From IMG/VR virus record IMGVR_UViG_3300049827_000271, positions 10,404 through 74,403 of that record: a stretch of DNA of 64,000 nt; one strand, 5' to 3'. Position 1 is the stretch's first letter. Every line of letters begins with the position of its first letter. This document shows, piece after piece, positions 1 to 11,800 of this stretch. The position numbers and the translations under genes were made by a program. Under the pieces are notes generated by a model, which ran no database searches, was not told where the DNA came from, and worked only from the letters and a program-made list of their open reading frames with translations. Origin of the DNA: a virus.

Positions 1-14
1 CACCGGAATTAACA

Positions 15-272
15 GTGGACCCGAAAGGCCGCATTTACAGCGGCGACATCTGCGTGGCCCACACCGATCCGGCAGCCGTGCTGGACCGGGAGGATTTAAT
101 GGCCACCGCCAGACTGCTGGCCCACGCCTACAACCAGTTCGGTGGAATGCTCCAACTGCTGGAGGACATGGTTCCGCTGGTGAACTGGTTCCACGAGCGG
201 GAGGGCTGCCCGATTACCAAGCGGGAATTGGAGGCCACGATCAGGCGGGCGCGAATGGTTAAAGTCCAATAA
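15..272 (+). CDS. hypothetical phage protein (probably starts upstream of the window)
   Basis: ORF co-oriented with downstream early genes; no motif recognised. Confidence 0.5.
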   Translation: MDPKGRIYSGDICVAHTDPAAVLDREDLMATARLLAHAYNQFGGMLQLLEDMVPLVNWFHEREGCPITKRELEATIRRARMVKVQ

Positions 273-286
273 CCGACAATAACTTT

Positions 287-407
287 TACCCGCGCCGAGG
301 GTGCGCCCTAACCGTAAGGCTGGGCGGGGTCCATTTTCCAGGCGGTCAACGGTTGGCCGTCCAGGATTTTCTACCCGTGTATTCCCGAACGGCGCGGGTA
401 TCTCTTT
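287..407 (+). ncRNA. candidate structured RNA / regulatory multi-stem element
   Basis: Intergenic; 11-bp closing stem TACCCGCGCCG (287-297) / CGGCGCGGGTA (390-400) encloses a hairpin with a GTAA tetraloop and a second hairpin; followed by TCTCTTT. Confidence 0.4.
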
Positions 408-452
408 AACGCTCCGCATGAGAAATGCGGCACGAAAACCTGAAACAATAAT

Positions 453-809
453 ATGCTAAGTAAACAATCCAAAACCAATAGGCCAACCGCATTTCGCTAC
501 ATGCGGTTGTTAGGGCGACTCGTCAAACTATCTGAAGTCTTGAGACAGTGGGATTATGGATGGTCTGTGCATCTTAGAATAGACAAGGATGGTCCAAAAA
601 TCCATCTGTGCGATTCCGACGACGACTATGAAGGCAACGCCATGCGGCAGATACTTGAAGGCATCCAAAAGGAATGGCGCGACACCTACAGGAATCTGCC
701 AAAACCAAGAGAGGTGAACGACTACGACCGATATGACCTCTGCGAACAACGGAAAAACATCAAGGCGACTCTCGGCGAAGTAAAGCGCCGCCTCGCAAAG
801 TTGCGCTAA
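453..809 (+). CDS. hypothetical phage protein
   Basis: ATG after an A-rich leader, 118 aa, part of a tight operon. Confidence 0.6.
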   Translation: MLSKQSKTNRPTAFRYMRLLGRLVKLSEVLRQWDYGWSVHLRIDKDGPKIHLCDSDDDYEGNAMRQILEGIQKEWRDTYRNLPKPREVNDYDRYDLCEQRKNIKATLGEVKRRLAKLR

Positions 810-816
810 CAAAACT

Positions 817-1179
817 ATGAACGATAAGAAACCAACGCCTGCCGCGGGCGAATCGCGGCCCACGCATGAACTCGTCGATGCATCCATTGCATATCTGAGC
901 TCTGGCGGAAACAAAGTTGAGCAGCTTTTGAGGCTGGTAGAACTGAGCGGCGGCGACAATAGGATTGATTACGGAGCGGAATCTGGACGAATTCTCATCC
1001 GAGAACTCCATGCGCTCCGCCGGCAGCACGCTGAGTTGCTAGCGGTAGCGGAACGCGCGTGCGCTTTATGTGACAGCACACGCAATCGCGGACTGCTAGA
1101 CCTAAATACGGTCGATCTGTCCAATCTATACGCCTCCGCATACCTGGCGGTTTCCGTAGTGAAAGGAGGCAAGTCGTGA
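817..1179 (+). CDS. hypothetical phage protein
   Basis: 120 aa; stop overlaps the next start (GTGA). Confidence 0.6.
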   Translation: MNDKKPTPAAGESRPTHELVDASIAYLSSGGNKVEQLLRLVELSGGDNRIDYGAESGRILIRELHALRRQHAELLAVAERACALCDSTRNRGLLDLNTVDLSNLYASAYLAVSVVKGGKS

Positions 1180-1478
1180 AAACGCGCGAGCTTGATCGGA
1201 TGCACGCAGTCCACCGCGAGTCGCAAGCGATAGGTGAGTTTTTGGATTGGCTGCACAGCGAAAAACATGTGGAATTCCACATCGCGCACCAGCACTCCGA
1301 TGCTTGTGGGTTTATTCGGCACAGCGGTCGAGGGGAGATATGCGGTATGCGTGAAGATGACACCGTTCCGTTTACCTACAACACCGAGAAACTTCTGGCC
1401 GAGTTCTTTAGCATTGACCTGTCCACAATAGAGCAGGAGCGGAAAGCTCTGCTCGCAAAGATACGGGGTGAAGCATGA
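1176..1478 (+). CDS. conserved-looking small phage protein
   Basis: SD AGGAGG; SQAIGEFLDWL...LLAEFFSIDL pattern typical of small phage proteins; ATGA overlap with the recombinase. Confidence 0.7.
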   Translation: MKTRELDRMHAVHRESQAIGEFLDWLHSEKHVEFHIAHQHSDACGFIRHSGRGEICGMREDDTVPFTYNTEKLLAEFFSIDLSTIEQERKALLAKIRGEA

Positions 1479-2641
1479 TCGAAATCACCAAACAAGATGT
1501 CCACTTCCGGCGCGATCCGACTACTCGAAAGTGGAAGGCGGGTGTGTACTCCTACGCCGAGAAGAAACTGGTCTGGCAGGACACGGCGACCAGCAACTAC
1601 ACGCTGGCCCAGAAGTACGCAGCCGACCACAACCTGCGCGACCTCAACCGGAAGGAGCGGCAGCTTGAATCCGCCGACCTGATCGCCAAACGGTTAGGCT
1701 GCGAGGACAAGGAGACGAGCCTGCGCCTGCTCTGTGCCAAGTGGTACGAGTGGCTCAAGACCGGGCGGGCCACCAGCGGCGGACTGTCCCAGACCCGGAA
1801 CATGGTCCGACAATGGCTGCGCTACTGCGGGATTGAGGACGCCGAATCATCGGCCATCAACCCGGAGTGCATCCACCAGTTCGTCAACGATGACAGCCGG
1901 GTCCGGGCGGCCACGCGCTCCGCCCGTTACTTCTCCATCCGCAACTTCTGCGACTGGATGCACAAGCGCGGGTTTCTCCAGCGCGATTTCACGGATGAGA
2001 TCAGGGTGGACATGTCCAGGATGGACCAAGACCAACTCATGCCGGTCGAGCCTCGTGTGGCCACCGAGGACGACCTGAAGAAGCTGCTCGCCTTCGCCGA
2101 CAAGTCCGGCCACGGCTGGCCCAAGTTCTTCGCCGTGGCCGCCCACATCGCGTGGCATACCGGGCTGCGCTATGGGGACATCGCCACCTTGGAGTGGAGC
2201 AACATCAACTTCGAGCGCGGGCTGATCCGGCGTGTGACCAGGAAGCGCAGCAAGTATGTTGAGGTTGAGGCTCCGCCGGAGGTCATGCAACTACTGGTGC
2301 AACTGCGCGCGGACAGCAAAGAAGAGCGGTTTGTTTTCCCAACCCAAGCCACGAGTTACCGCAACCCCGACACATCGCGGGCATGGTCGTCCCGGTTCGC
2401 TTACGTCTCGCAGACATCAGGGGTGGGGCACTTGGGCTTCCATGCCTTTCGCCGGGCTTACTGCCAGCGCAGATACGGCCAGTTGTCCGAGCCGAAGCCG
2501 GAAGGATTGTTCAACCGAGAAGCCCTGGCCAAGATTGCCAAGGAGGTTGGCCACTCCAGCATCAACCAGACGCTGGGGTACATGCCACAACTGACACGCG
2601 CCGCACCGCCCGGCGCAGAGTCGGGGTGGGGGAAAACTTGA
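1475..2641 (+). CDS. tyrosine recombinase / phage integrase family
   Basis: Complete catalytic set: TGLRYGD (R), K, FHAFRR (HxxR), VGHSS (H), LGY (Y); no IntI-specific insertion before FVFP. Confidence 0.92.
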   Translation: MIEITKQDVHFRRDPTTRKWKAGVYSYAEKKLVWQDTATSNYTLAQKYAADHNLRDLNRKERQLESADLIAKRLGCEDKETSLRLLCAKWYEWLKTGRATSGGLSQTRNMVRQWLRYCGIEDAESSAINPECIHQFVNDDSRVRAATRSARYFSIRNFCDWMHKRGFLQRDFTDEIRVDMSRMDQDQLMPVEPRVATEDDLKKLLAFADKSGHGWPKFFAVAAHIAWHTGLRYGDIATLEWSNINFERGLIRRVTRKRSKYVEVEAPPEVMQLLVQLRADSKEERFVFPTQATSYRNPDTSRAWSSRFAYVSQTSGVGHLGFHAFRRAYCQRRYGQLSEPKPEGLFNREALAKIAKEVGHSSINQTLGYMPQLTRAAPPGAESGWGKT

Positions 2642-2888
2642 TCCGGGTATGGGGAGGGACGAACAAGGAGACATCCGGTTCCGGCTCTCCAATCCTCCGG
2701 TTCGCCGGACACTTGCACCCCTTGAACTGGGTCAGGCTGAAGACCCCCAAGTGACGTAGGTAAACACGCTCTCCCCGGCGGAGGGATTCGGCGACCAAAT
2801 GGATTACATCGCGTATGACCTGCCGGCTGTGCTCCTCGGTAAAACCGTGGCGTCTGCGCAGTTCGGCCTGTAACTTCTCAATGTTCAT
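2562..2888 (-). CDS. HU/IHF-like DNA-binding protein
   Basis: Two N-terminal helices, then LRRGERVYLRHLGVF...IKFSPTPTLRRAV, matching the HU pattern GxxVxxxGFGxF...FxPxxxLK. Confidence 0.85.
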   Translation of the reverse strand: MNIEKLQAELRRRHGFTEEHSRQVIRDVIHLVAESLRRGERVYLRHLGVFSLTQFKGCKCPANRRIGEPEPDVSLFVPPHTRIKFSPTPTLRRAVRRVSVVACTPASG

Positions 2889-2897
2889 CGGCGCATC

Positions 2898-5800
2898 TTA
2901 GCGCACTCCCGGAAGTCTGGCAACCGCACTCCGGCTCCTCCTCGCGGGGAGCCGGATTTTTTGCGTACCCGTCCGGCGTAATTTCGGCATTCTCACCGAG
3001 CGCACATGGGCCGCAGCCGCCGGACGGCGCGTGGGAATTCTGACCGACGACCGGCGTGAGGCGGGCATGGACATAGATGGCGTTGCGGAACGTCCAACGC
3101 CAGCCCTTGGCGCCGGCACGGAGACGCGGCCCACCGATGGGGCGCGCACGCCAAAGCTTGGACCAGCCGACGATCCGGCGCTGAGCGAAGGCAGGCGCAC
3201 TCCGCCAGCGTGCGGGCGCGGCAGTCCGCGGGCGCCGCCAAACGACATGCCTCCGCCCGTACCGCCCATGCGTCCCAGTCCGGTCGAAGTTTTTTCCTCC
3301 GACGGTTCCATGCTTGGAATAGAGGCTGATCCACCTCCCCCGCCTCCGGCAGAGCCGCGTTCCTGCCTGACAAATTCACGCGCTTGATGCCCGGTGGACT
3401 CGGCATAGGTGTTAAACGCCTCCTCCGCCTTCATCACCTCCGCGCGCTGGTCCGAGGACATCCGGCCCAAGATCGTCCCCCGCTCCTCCAAGGTGGGCGC
3501 TCTGCCCAGCACGGCCTGCCACGGATTACGTGACATAACCGAGGTGTCGAATGATTTTGCGGCGGCGTCATACTCGATGTTCCGCTTCTCCATGATCTTC
3601 TTGATCCCCCGTTCGCGCGCGTCCAGCATCCCCGTGGTATTCCCCAGCATCATCCAGTTCACCGCGTCCTGCGCCTCTGCCGATGTGATGGACGGACGGT
3701 AAGTTCCTCCGACTTGGGTGCGCTTGTCGATGTCCTGGCTGAATCTGTCGATGTTGGCTCGGGCATTCGAGTTCTCCACCATTCCTGCCTGTAGATCAGT
3801 GTGATTCAGGATCAGCTTGCTGTTCGGAACCCAACGTGATACCAGCCTGGCCATCTCCTGTGAGATGTCTCCGCCTTGGTAAAGCGTGCGCCATGCGCGC
3901 GGGATGTCATTGGCCATCTCCACCGCGAACAGGTTGATCCCGGTTCCGCCAAGGCCGCGGGACGGCTTGCTCACATCGAGTGCGCTGTTCAGGATTCCGG
4001 ACGACAATGGCAGGACGCTGCCGGCCATCAACATCATATACTTGAAGGCGTCCTCTGGATTCTCCGCATCCCACGCGCGGGGCGTCCGGTTGCGCGAACC
4101 ATAGACATACTCCGACAACCACGCGGCCATTGGCACAATCGCCAGACCGCCCAGCACGGAGGCGGTCAGCAGGTAGTCCGCAAACTTGGCCCCCGCTTTG
4201 ATTCCTGCCGCGCCGCGATTGCCTTTCGTGAAGATAGCGGACGTGCGCAGAATGTCCTCGTTCTGCCACAGCACCCAGTTCATCAGCGTCAGCGTGGACC
4301 GGCCCAAGCGGTTGCGCTGCGATAGGGTGGGGCGGTTGCTGAATCCGGATTTGCTCCGGGCTTGGGCCAGATCAAAGATGTATCGGTTCTCCTCCTCCTT
4401 GGTGAACAGGTTCTCCAATCCCGGATCGGCGGCGCGTTTGGAGCGCGCGTAGTAATCAAGGAAAGCGCGGTCGATGTTGATGTCACACCCCTGCATTCGC
4501 TTGCGGAATTGCAGTGCCTCATCCGGCTTGGCCCCGCGGCCCAACAATTCCGCCGGGGTCAGCACGGTTGTCTGCGGGTCCATTGGCAAACCCAGCGCCT
4601 CGCGGGCAGCCAGAACCTCGCGGGCGCGCATGGTCATGTCTTTGATGCGTCCATGCGCCTCCGAAACCGTGGCCAGCATGAGCAGGTTTTCCGAGTGCTT
4701 CATGCTCGTCAGTCCAACCCCTTGCAGGACATGCCAAGCTCCACGACCAACAGCAGTTGATGCCCTCCACAACCCTTTTGCAGATGCCAGGCGCAGGCTT
4801 GGATCAGCCTGCTGGTCCAAGATTCCTCCGCTGGCGAACCATGTGTCGATGTCGTTGCGCAGAAGTTCGCGCATGGTCCACTGGCTGGAGATGCCAAGCT
4901 CCTTGGCTCTACGCCATTCCAAGGCGGCCCGCGTGGCGGCACTGACAGACTTTCCGGTCATGGACGAAAGTTCATTCGCATTGGCCTCAATCGCCCGCTC
5001 AAAGTCGGGACCGAACTGCTTGCGCAGCGCGTCGTCACTCTTGATCACGGCGAGCAGCCCGCGCACCAACCGGCCTCCATGCTTGGTAAACTCCGCCGTG
5101 GCATACGCGGCCTTGCTCAACCCCCATACGCCAAACATCCACTTGCGGTGTTCGCCCATTGCCACTCCCTGCCGGTAGATGTCGATGGCTGGGGCCAGGA
5201 TATTCACCACTTGCGGTTTGATTGCGGCCAGGACCGCGGAGGCCGCCCTTCTGACCGCCCCGCCGAACGTTCGGGCCAACCTCGGCTCTAGCGGAGATTC
5301 CATCGACACGTAATCGCGGAGCGATTTCAGGTCCGAGTCGATCATCCGTTTGATCATCACGGCGTCCGCGTAATTCAGAAGACTCTCTCCATTCACCTGC
5401 TCTTCCCGCGTCTGCGCATTGGCCTTTTCCAAGCCCTTCGGAGATTGCGTCTCGTACCGGACATCCCAATCACCGATCTGCCTGCCCAAGCTGTCTCGCA
5501 GGTCGATCAGTGAATTTGCGTAGTTGACCAGATAGGTCTTGGTAATCCCCCAATCCAGCGCGTGGACAGAATTCTCGCTCGCCAGCGCATACTCATAGAA
5601 GTCGGGAGGCAGCGTGCCGGATTCGCGCGGTCTGGTCATAAACGAGCCTGCGCCCATGACCTCTGTGATCGGCCTCTCCCCCGGCTTGACCGATGGTGAT
5701 TCCAGTGGAAGCTCCCCCCTGGCCCCACGCAATAACTCATGCTCCAATCGTGATTTTACCTCATCGCGGGTCATCCAGTCCTTAGGGTCCGGGCGCGTCC

Positions 5801-8800
5801 GCACCTCGTCCACAATGGCGTCCAGGAGTCCGACGTAATTGGATGGCTCCGGCCTGCCGGCGTCGAATTGCCGGGCCAGGCTCAGGTATTCCATCACCAG
5901 CGGGGAACGCATGGCCATCCGGTAATGCTCGTGCTTGAACCCCCAGAGATGCGATAGCACACGATCCAGATGCTTCTCGATCACGGGCGCAAGCTGGCCA
6001 TTTTTGGCGGCGAGCGTTTGCAGGCTGAGCGCGTAATCGTTGGCTTCCGGGTTGATCCGTCTGGGCAACATGCCGCTCGTCAATTCCAGCGCCGGACGTT
6101 GCACGGTAATGCCGCCAATCTTCTCGGTGATCAATACTTCCGGGCGTCCGAACTTTTTCAGTTCCCGGCCCACCCCGGCCTTGGCCTTGTACAAGGCAAG
6201 CTCGGCCTGGACGGCGGCCATGTCCTCCGGAAGCACGGTGATACCTCGGTGGGCTTTTCCAACCGTGAGCGGCTGCCCGTGCGGATATGCCATGCTGTGG
6301 AGGATGGCGTTGCCAATCTGGTCCTCCCATTCCTGCGGGGAACGGAAGCCGTGGGCGCGCATGGCCTTGATCGTGGCTTTACGATTGCGCGTGGTCACAT
6401 TGCGCGACCCCGCCTTGCCACTGACGGCAGCGGTTTGTAATTGCTCAATAACCAAGTCCACGTCCCTGGCCGCGTTTGCCGCTTTCAACCCAAGCATGTT
6501 CCGCCCCAGCCACGGCGCGATCTCGCGCGTTTGTCCAAAGAGTTCCACCAAGTATCCTGGCAGCCATTTGGCAATACGCGAGCTTCCCTGTTCCGTCGCC
6601 AAAGCTTGGTGGGTCAGCCGCTCTTCCAATTCCTGCGCCCTCTCCCGGTAAAACGAGGCCCGCATAGGATCGCTCTCCGGGTTGTCCGCGTACTCACGAA
6701 ACCAGCGGGCGGCCTTGCGCGCGTTGTCCAAGTCCGCCTTCATCCCGGACTTGTCCCATCCCCCCGGCAGTGAAACGGTATCCTGCTGGCCCTTGGGCTG
6801 GTTTGGATTCTCCAAGATGCGGACACCTTCCAAGGTGTAGTCGGCTCCGCCCAGATTGGAGGTAATGCGACCTTTGTTAAATTCAGGATCGCTCTGCATC
6901 TGCCAAAACCCGAGCTCGGACTGGGCGCGCTGGTAGTTGCGCCAGAATTCCGTGCCCGGACTGAGCATGTTCGTCTTCAGAAAAGCCGCCGCGTCCTCAT
7001 GGGCCTTCAGCTTGTCTTGCAGCCTGACCGTTTCCTTGCTGGGAGCGCCCGCGCGAATCTGCTGCATCTGCTGCCAGAACGGCTGACTCTGGGACAGGAT
7101 GTATTTGACTCCAGCCGCAACATCGGTCCCCGTCTTGAATTTGTTGGCCAGCGCCCAAGCATCCCATCGGTTCACCAAGTCCGCCGTGGTGGACGGCCAG
7201 GTGGAGGCGTTCAATGTGTCAATGAATGCTCCGACCGTTTCCATGACCGTGTGTGATTTTGTCATGCCGTTCAGAATATCCAGCATGTGCTGCGCTTGGA
7301 TGGATGCCGGAGTCGGGCTGTTGGCGGCGGCGTTGACTACGTGTTGCAGGGCGGCCCTCTCTGAATCGCGCACATTGCGCACCCATGATCCGCCGTCCTT
7401 CGCGCGGTCGCTGGCGATGCTGTCACGAACCTTGCGAGTGTAATAGTCGATCTTGTCCGGGAGCTTGATCTGAGCAAAGTCCACCGCCAGCGCGGCGTTG
7501 GTCAGGAAGCTCTTCATTGACACGTTAAACACGTTTGGATTATCCGCCCCAAGAGCCGCGTTGCGCGCCTTTTCCACAATGTCCACGCCATGTGGGAGCG
7601 GCCTGCCGCCTGAGTTCAGGTAGGCGTTGTCAATCTCGCTTCGAGCCAGCGCGTGCGTTTCATGCAGGTACTTCATTCCGCGCAGGATGGACTTTACAGG
7701 GTCCGGCAATGCGTCGTAGAGCGGCTTGAGATACGCCATTGGCTCAATGGACAGCCAGGTGTCAACGCGCGACTCATACTTCTCGTTCTCGGTCCTGAAC
7801 GGATCGGTCATGGATTGCTGCTTCCACTGTCCGGGCGTGCGCGCCGCCTGTCGTGTAATCACATCGCCCGCCTGTTCCGGTCTGGTGTCTTGCACACGCA
7901 ACTCCGCCAGCTTCTCAGAGACAGCGCGGGCCGCCGCCCGTTCCGCCTTGCCCCGTGTCATCTGCTGGCCGGAGAACATGTCCATGACCCGGCTTACCAG
8001 CTTGCCAAACCAACTGCGCCCCTTCCATGCCTGGACCAGCGTGTCCACCCCGCGTGTGTCCAACTCCGCGCGATCCCCTGTCGTGTATCCTCTCTCGGCC
8101 ATGTCCGCCTTGATCTGGTCGATCTCTTCTGGCTTCAGCGTCTTCAACTCTTCGGCCAAACCCCCAAACTCCGTCACCGCATGGGCCGCCTCATGCTCCA
8201 GCGCGCGTGCCACGCTCTCCGCATCCGGCAGGTTCTTGGCGTTCAGCCTGACCTCCAGCACCTTTCCCGTCTTCGCGTCGATGTCCACCTGCGCGGACCA
8301 CGGCTCGTCGCTCTCTACGATCTTGATCAGTTCGGGAGATTTTCCACCGAAGACCTTGGCAGCCTCGGAGGCCACAAGATCAATCCCCATGCCTCGGCCA
8401 ATATCAGCGTCGGGAGCGATGGAATGACGAGTCACCAGACCGCCCGGCTTCATGCCAAGCCGTTCCGCCGTCTGCCGCACAGTGGCCGGCATGGTTCCCA
8501 CCACCTTCTCTCCATTGGGACCAACCCAAGTCTTGCCGAAAGGAATCTGCTCCGGGAGCGGGGGTGCCTGCGAGGCGAGCCATCGCTCGTACGCTGATAC
8601 CGCTTTCTGCTGTGGCTTCGTTTCCGCCGTCACGGGAACGGACGGCTCCGATTCTTTTCCAGCCAGTGCCAACTCCAAATTCCGCTTGGCCCGATTGAAC
8701 GCGATCAAGCTGTCGCCCGTGCGCGTCTCCTTCCACACCCGCTGCGTGCTCTCTACATCGTTACGGAGCTTGCTAAGTCGCTGCTGTTCGGTTGGGACGT

Positions 8801-11800
8801 GACGAGCGCGTTCATTGGCTGTTTCAATTCTGATGAACGCTCCAGTGGGGCGGCTTGTTTGGATTTCAACTCCCGGTCGGACTGCTCCGCCAGCAGGGAG
8901 TCCGCCAAGAGCCTTCTCGATACGCTCGAACTCATTGTATTTTTCGAGGATGGTTTGGGCAAAGTATTCTTTCTTGCCTTTGGTAGAGTGATAGGTTTCA
9001 TAAATATCGTCAGCCACAGATAGCACTACTCGCTCGGCCTCTGCATTGGTGCTTGCGCCTTCTTCTTGCAGTTTCAGGTTGACCAGATTTTTGACGGCGA
9101 AGATGAGGCGCTTAATCTCGCTTGGATCGGTCAACCCTCCAATCTGTTTTGGAAGCTGCTTGCGCTCAACCAAGCCATTCCGTTCGGACGCGAACACGCG
9201 GTCGAACTCCTCTCGGCTATTTCCAGCCGAAGGGCCGTAAGCCTTCATCAGCAGGTCAACCTCTTCCGGCATGGCCGGGCGAGCTTTTGTTCTTCTGAAT
9301 CCGTCGCCAACATCGTAAGCCGGATCATCCAAGACTGTCTCAACGTCAGCGATCTCACCTTCAGCCGAAGCATCCGTAGGCTGCTCAATAGCGCGCGTCA
9401 CCCTCGGCTGTTCCACCGCCTGCCCTTGCGCCTGCAACTCCTCGCGCTTGGCGTCGATCTTCTTGGCGAACTCCATGAACGCCGCCTCACTCTCAAACTT
9501 CTGGAGGAAACCGCGGCGCGGCTCGTCCAGGAGCATGGCGGCCATGAGCGTGTAGCGGTGCTTGCCGTTTTCCGGTCCTCCCTTGACCACGCGCTCGTCA
9601 TTGACAAACAGGTCGCGCCACTTGGAACTGTCCCTTGGGCTGCGCTCGCGCTCCGCCTCATTCTCAGTCGTGGTCTTCTTCCACTTGGCCGGGTCCACGA
9701 TCATCACGTCCGTTGCCTTCGGGTAGGCTCCAGCGACATAAACCGCTCCAGTCTGATTGTCCTTGAACACGGCGGTCATCCGTGTGGTCTTCGCGCTGAC
9801 GCCGCTCGTGCGGGCCATCCCGCCGAAAATCTTCGGCAGGTTAGGCGCGTCATCCTGGAGGTTGACACTGCGGAAGACCGGAACGTTACTGGCCCGCGCC
9901 ACCGCATCCATGATAGGCTGCGCCTGCTGGATCGTCTCATCCATCATCTGCTGGACGTGTTCTACGACTTCCTCCGCCTCCAAGTGATGCTTGTCCACGT
10001 ACGCATCCAGCGCCGCTTGGTCTTCTTTGGACAGCTTGCCGCGCTCGCTCGCGCGCAACAGCCCCTCCATGCGCGAGGCTTCCATGAACTGGTTGCCAAG
10101 CCGGTGCAGCCGTTCGTCGTTGGTGACATCCAGACCTGATTCGTCCGGCTGGCCCCGCTTGCTGAGTTTGCGATGTTTTTTCCAGATCAGGTCGTGCAAG
10201 ACCTGCGTGAAATTCTCACGACTCAACCGGACGGACTGACCGTTCTCATCTAGCGATCCTCGATACCACCCCAGATCGTTGACATCCAATTCTCCGGTGT
10301 CATTGCGGAACCGGCGGGCGTAGATCGGTTTGACGATGTGGTTGAACAACTCCGTCTGAAGCTTGCGGATGGACCATGCGCGCTCGGAGTAGGCTTCACG
10401 GTCTTTCCGGGTGTTCCGCTCGTCCTGCTTGGCGGCCTCGCGCGTGCGCTGGTCGCGTGCGAACCGCTCGGCAAATGCGAGGGACGGAGCAATTCTTTCG
10501 CGGGCCGCTGCGCGCTCCTCCTTGGTCATCTTCTTGGAGAACTCGACTTCGGGATGGACCAGCTTGTGGAGTTCCAAGCTGTCTTGGTAAATCTCTTTCT
10601 GCCGGTTTAGCAAATCGGTATCCCGTTTCACACGCTGTTCCAGCACGGAGCGCAGAACAGTGCGGGACTTGAGTTTCTGATTTTCCTCGCGCGCCAGTTC
10701 AAGCAGCTTTTCCTGCATCTCATGGAACGTGCTGGCGCTGTCCTTGGTTTCCACCGGGATTTCATCGCCGTTCTTTTTGGCTTCGTCGATCCTGGCTTTC
10801 TGCGTCAAGCGGGATTCTCCAAACGCGGCGGAAGCCCGCTTGATTTGTTCCACTTGCAGGCGCAGGCCCGCGCTTGTTCCGCGCGTCTTCTCGTCCAACT
10901 CCTTTTCCAGTTTGGACAGCTTTTGGGCCAGCGACTTCTCCTGTTTCGCATTCTCAGGATTGGTATTCTCGATCTCGGCAATCCGCTCTTGCAGTGCCGC
11001 CACTTCTTTGTCCAACTTCGCTGAAGAGCCTTCGGTCTGAATCTTTATCTTGGCTGCCGGCTCCGCGTGGATGACCCTTGAATCCTCTCCCTTGGCCGCC
11101 ATGTCATCCAAGAGCGACTTGTTGGAAGCAATCGCCTGTTCTTGGGCTTGGATTCCAAGCCCAATGCTTTCATGCCTAAAGCGTTCCAGTGGATCAGAGA
11201 GATCGAGCGCACCGCGCAGCATCAATTCCTGAGCCCGCGCAGTGGCGAATGTCTGCGGCTGAACGACGGCAAGCCGCGCCTCATCTTCTGGCGTTCGGTT
11301 CTTCTTATTGAATAGAAACTCAAATTCCCGCTCCACCGGAAGAGATGCCAGTAACTCCTGTATGCGCGCCCGGTCTTCGGGTGTCGGTTTTTTCTTGCGT
11401 GCCAATGTCCGCAACTCCTCAAGGTTCTCCTGCTCTCGCGTCTTCGGCTCCCAGTTTGTGGCCGCTAAATCTTTCAACTTCTCCCGATAGCCATGACCAA
11501 GCGCATCGCCAGCCACGTTGGCCTTCTGTGATTTTTCCGCCAACTGCTTACTGTCCAGTCCGGTGACGATCTCCGCAACCTTCTGCACAAACGCATCACG
11601 CGCGGTCAGCCAGTGGATCGGAATGTCCTTCTCCTTCAGATAAGTCGTGAACTGCTTGGGCTTGACCAAGTGCAGGTCGCGCTTGCGCGAGGACAGGAAA
11701 TCATGGGCGGCATCGAACACGCTCCGCTGGTAGTCCGGCTCCGGCGGCGGGGCAGGAACGGTCTTGACCCCAGGCGGAGGCAGGTCTGGGCTGGGAGATT

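Noticed and set aside
803-882. attC-like junction between ORFs 453-809 and 817-1179 (CGCTAAC...GTCGATG)
   Set aside because: Arms do not pair in the L''/L' pattern.
1475-2641. Calling the recombinase an integron integrase (intI)
   Set aside because: No IntI-specific insertion and not adjacent to the arrays.
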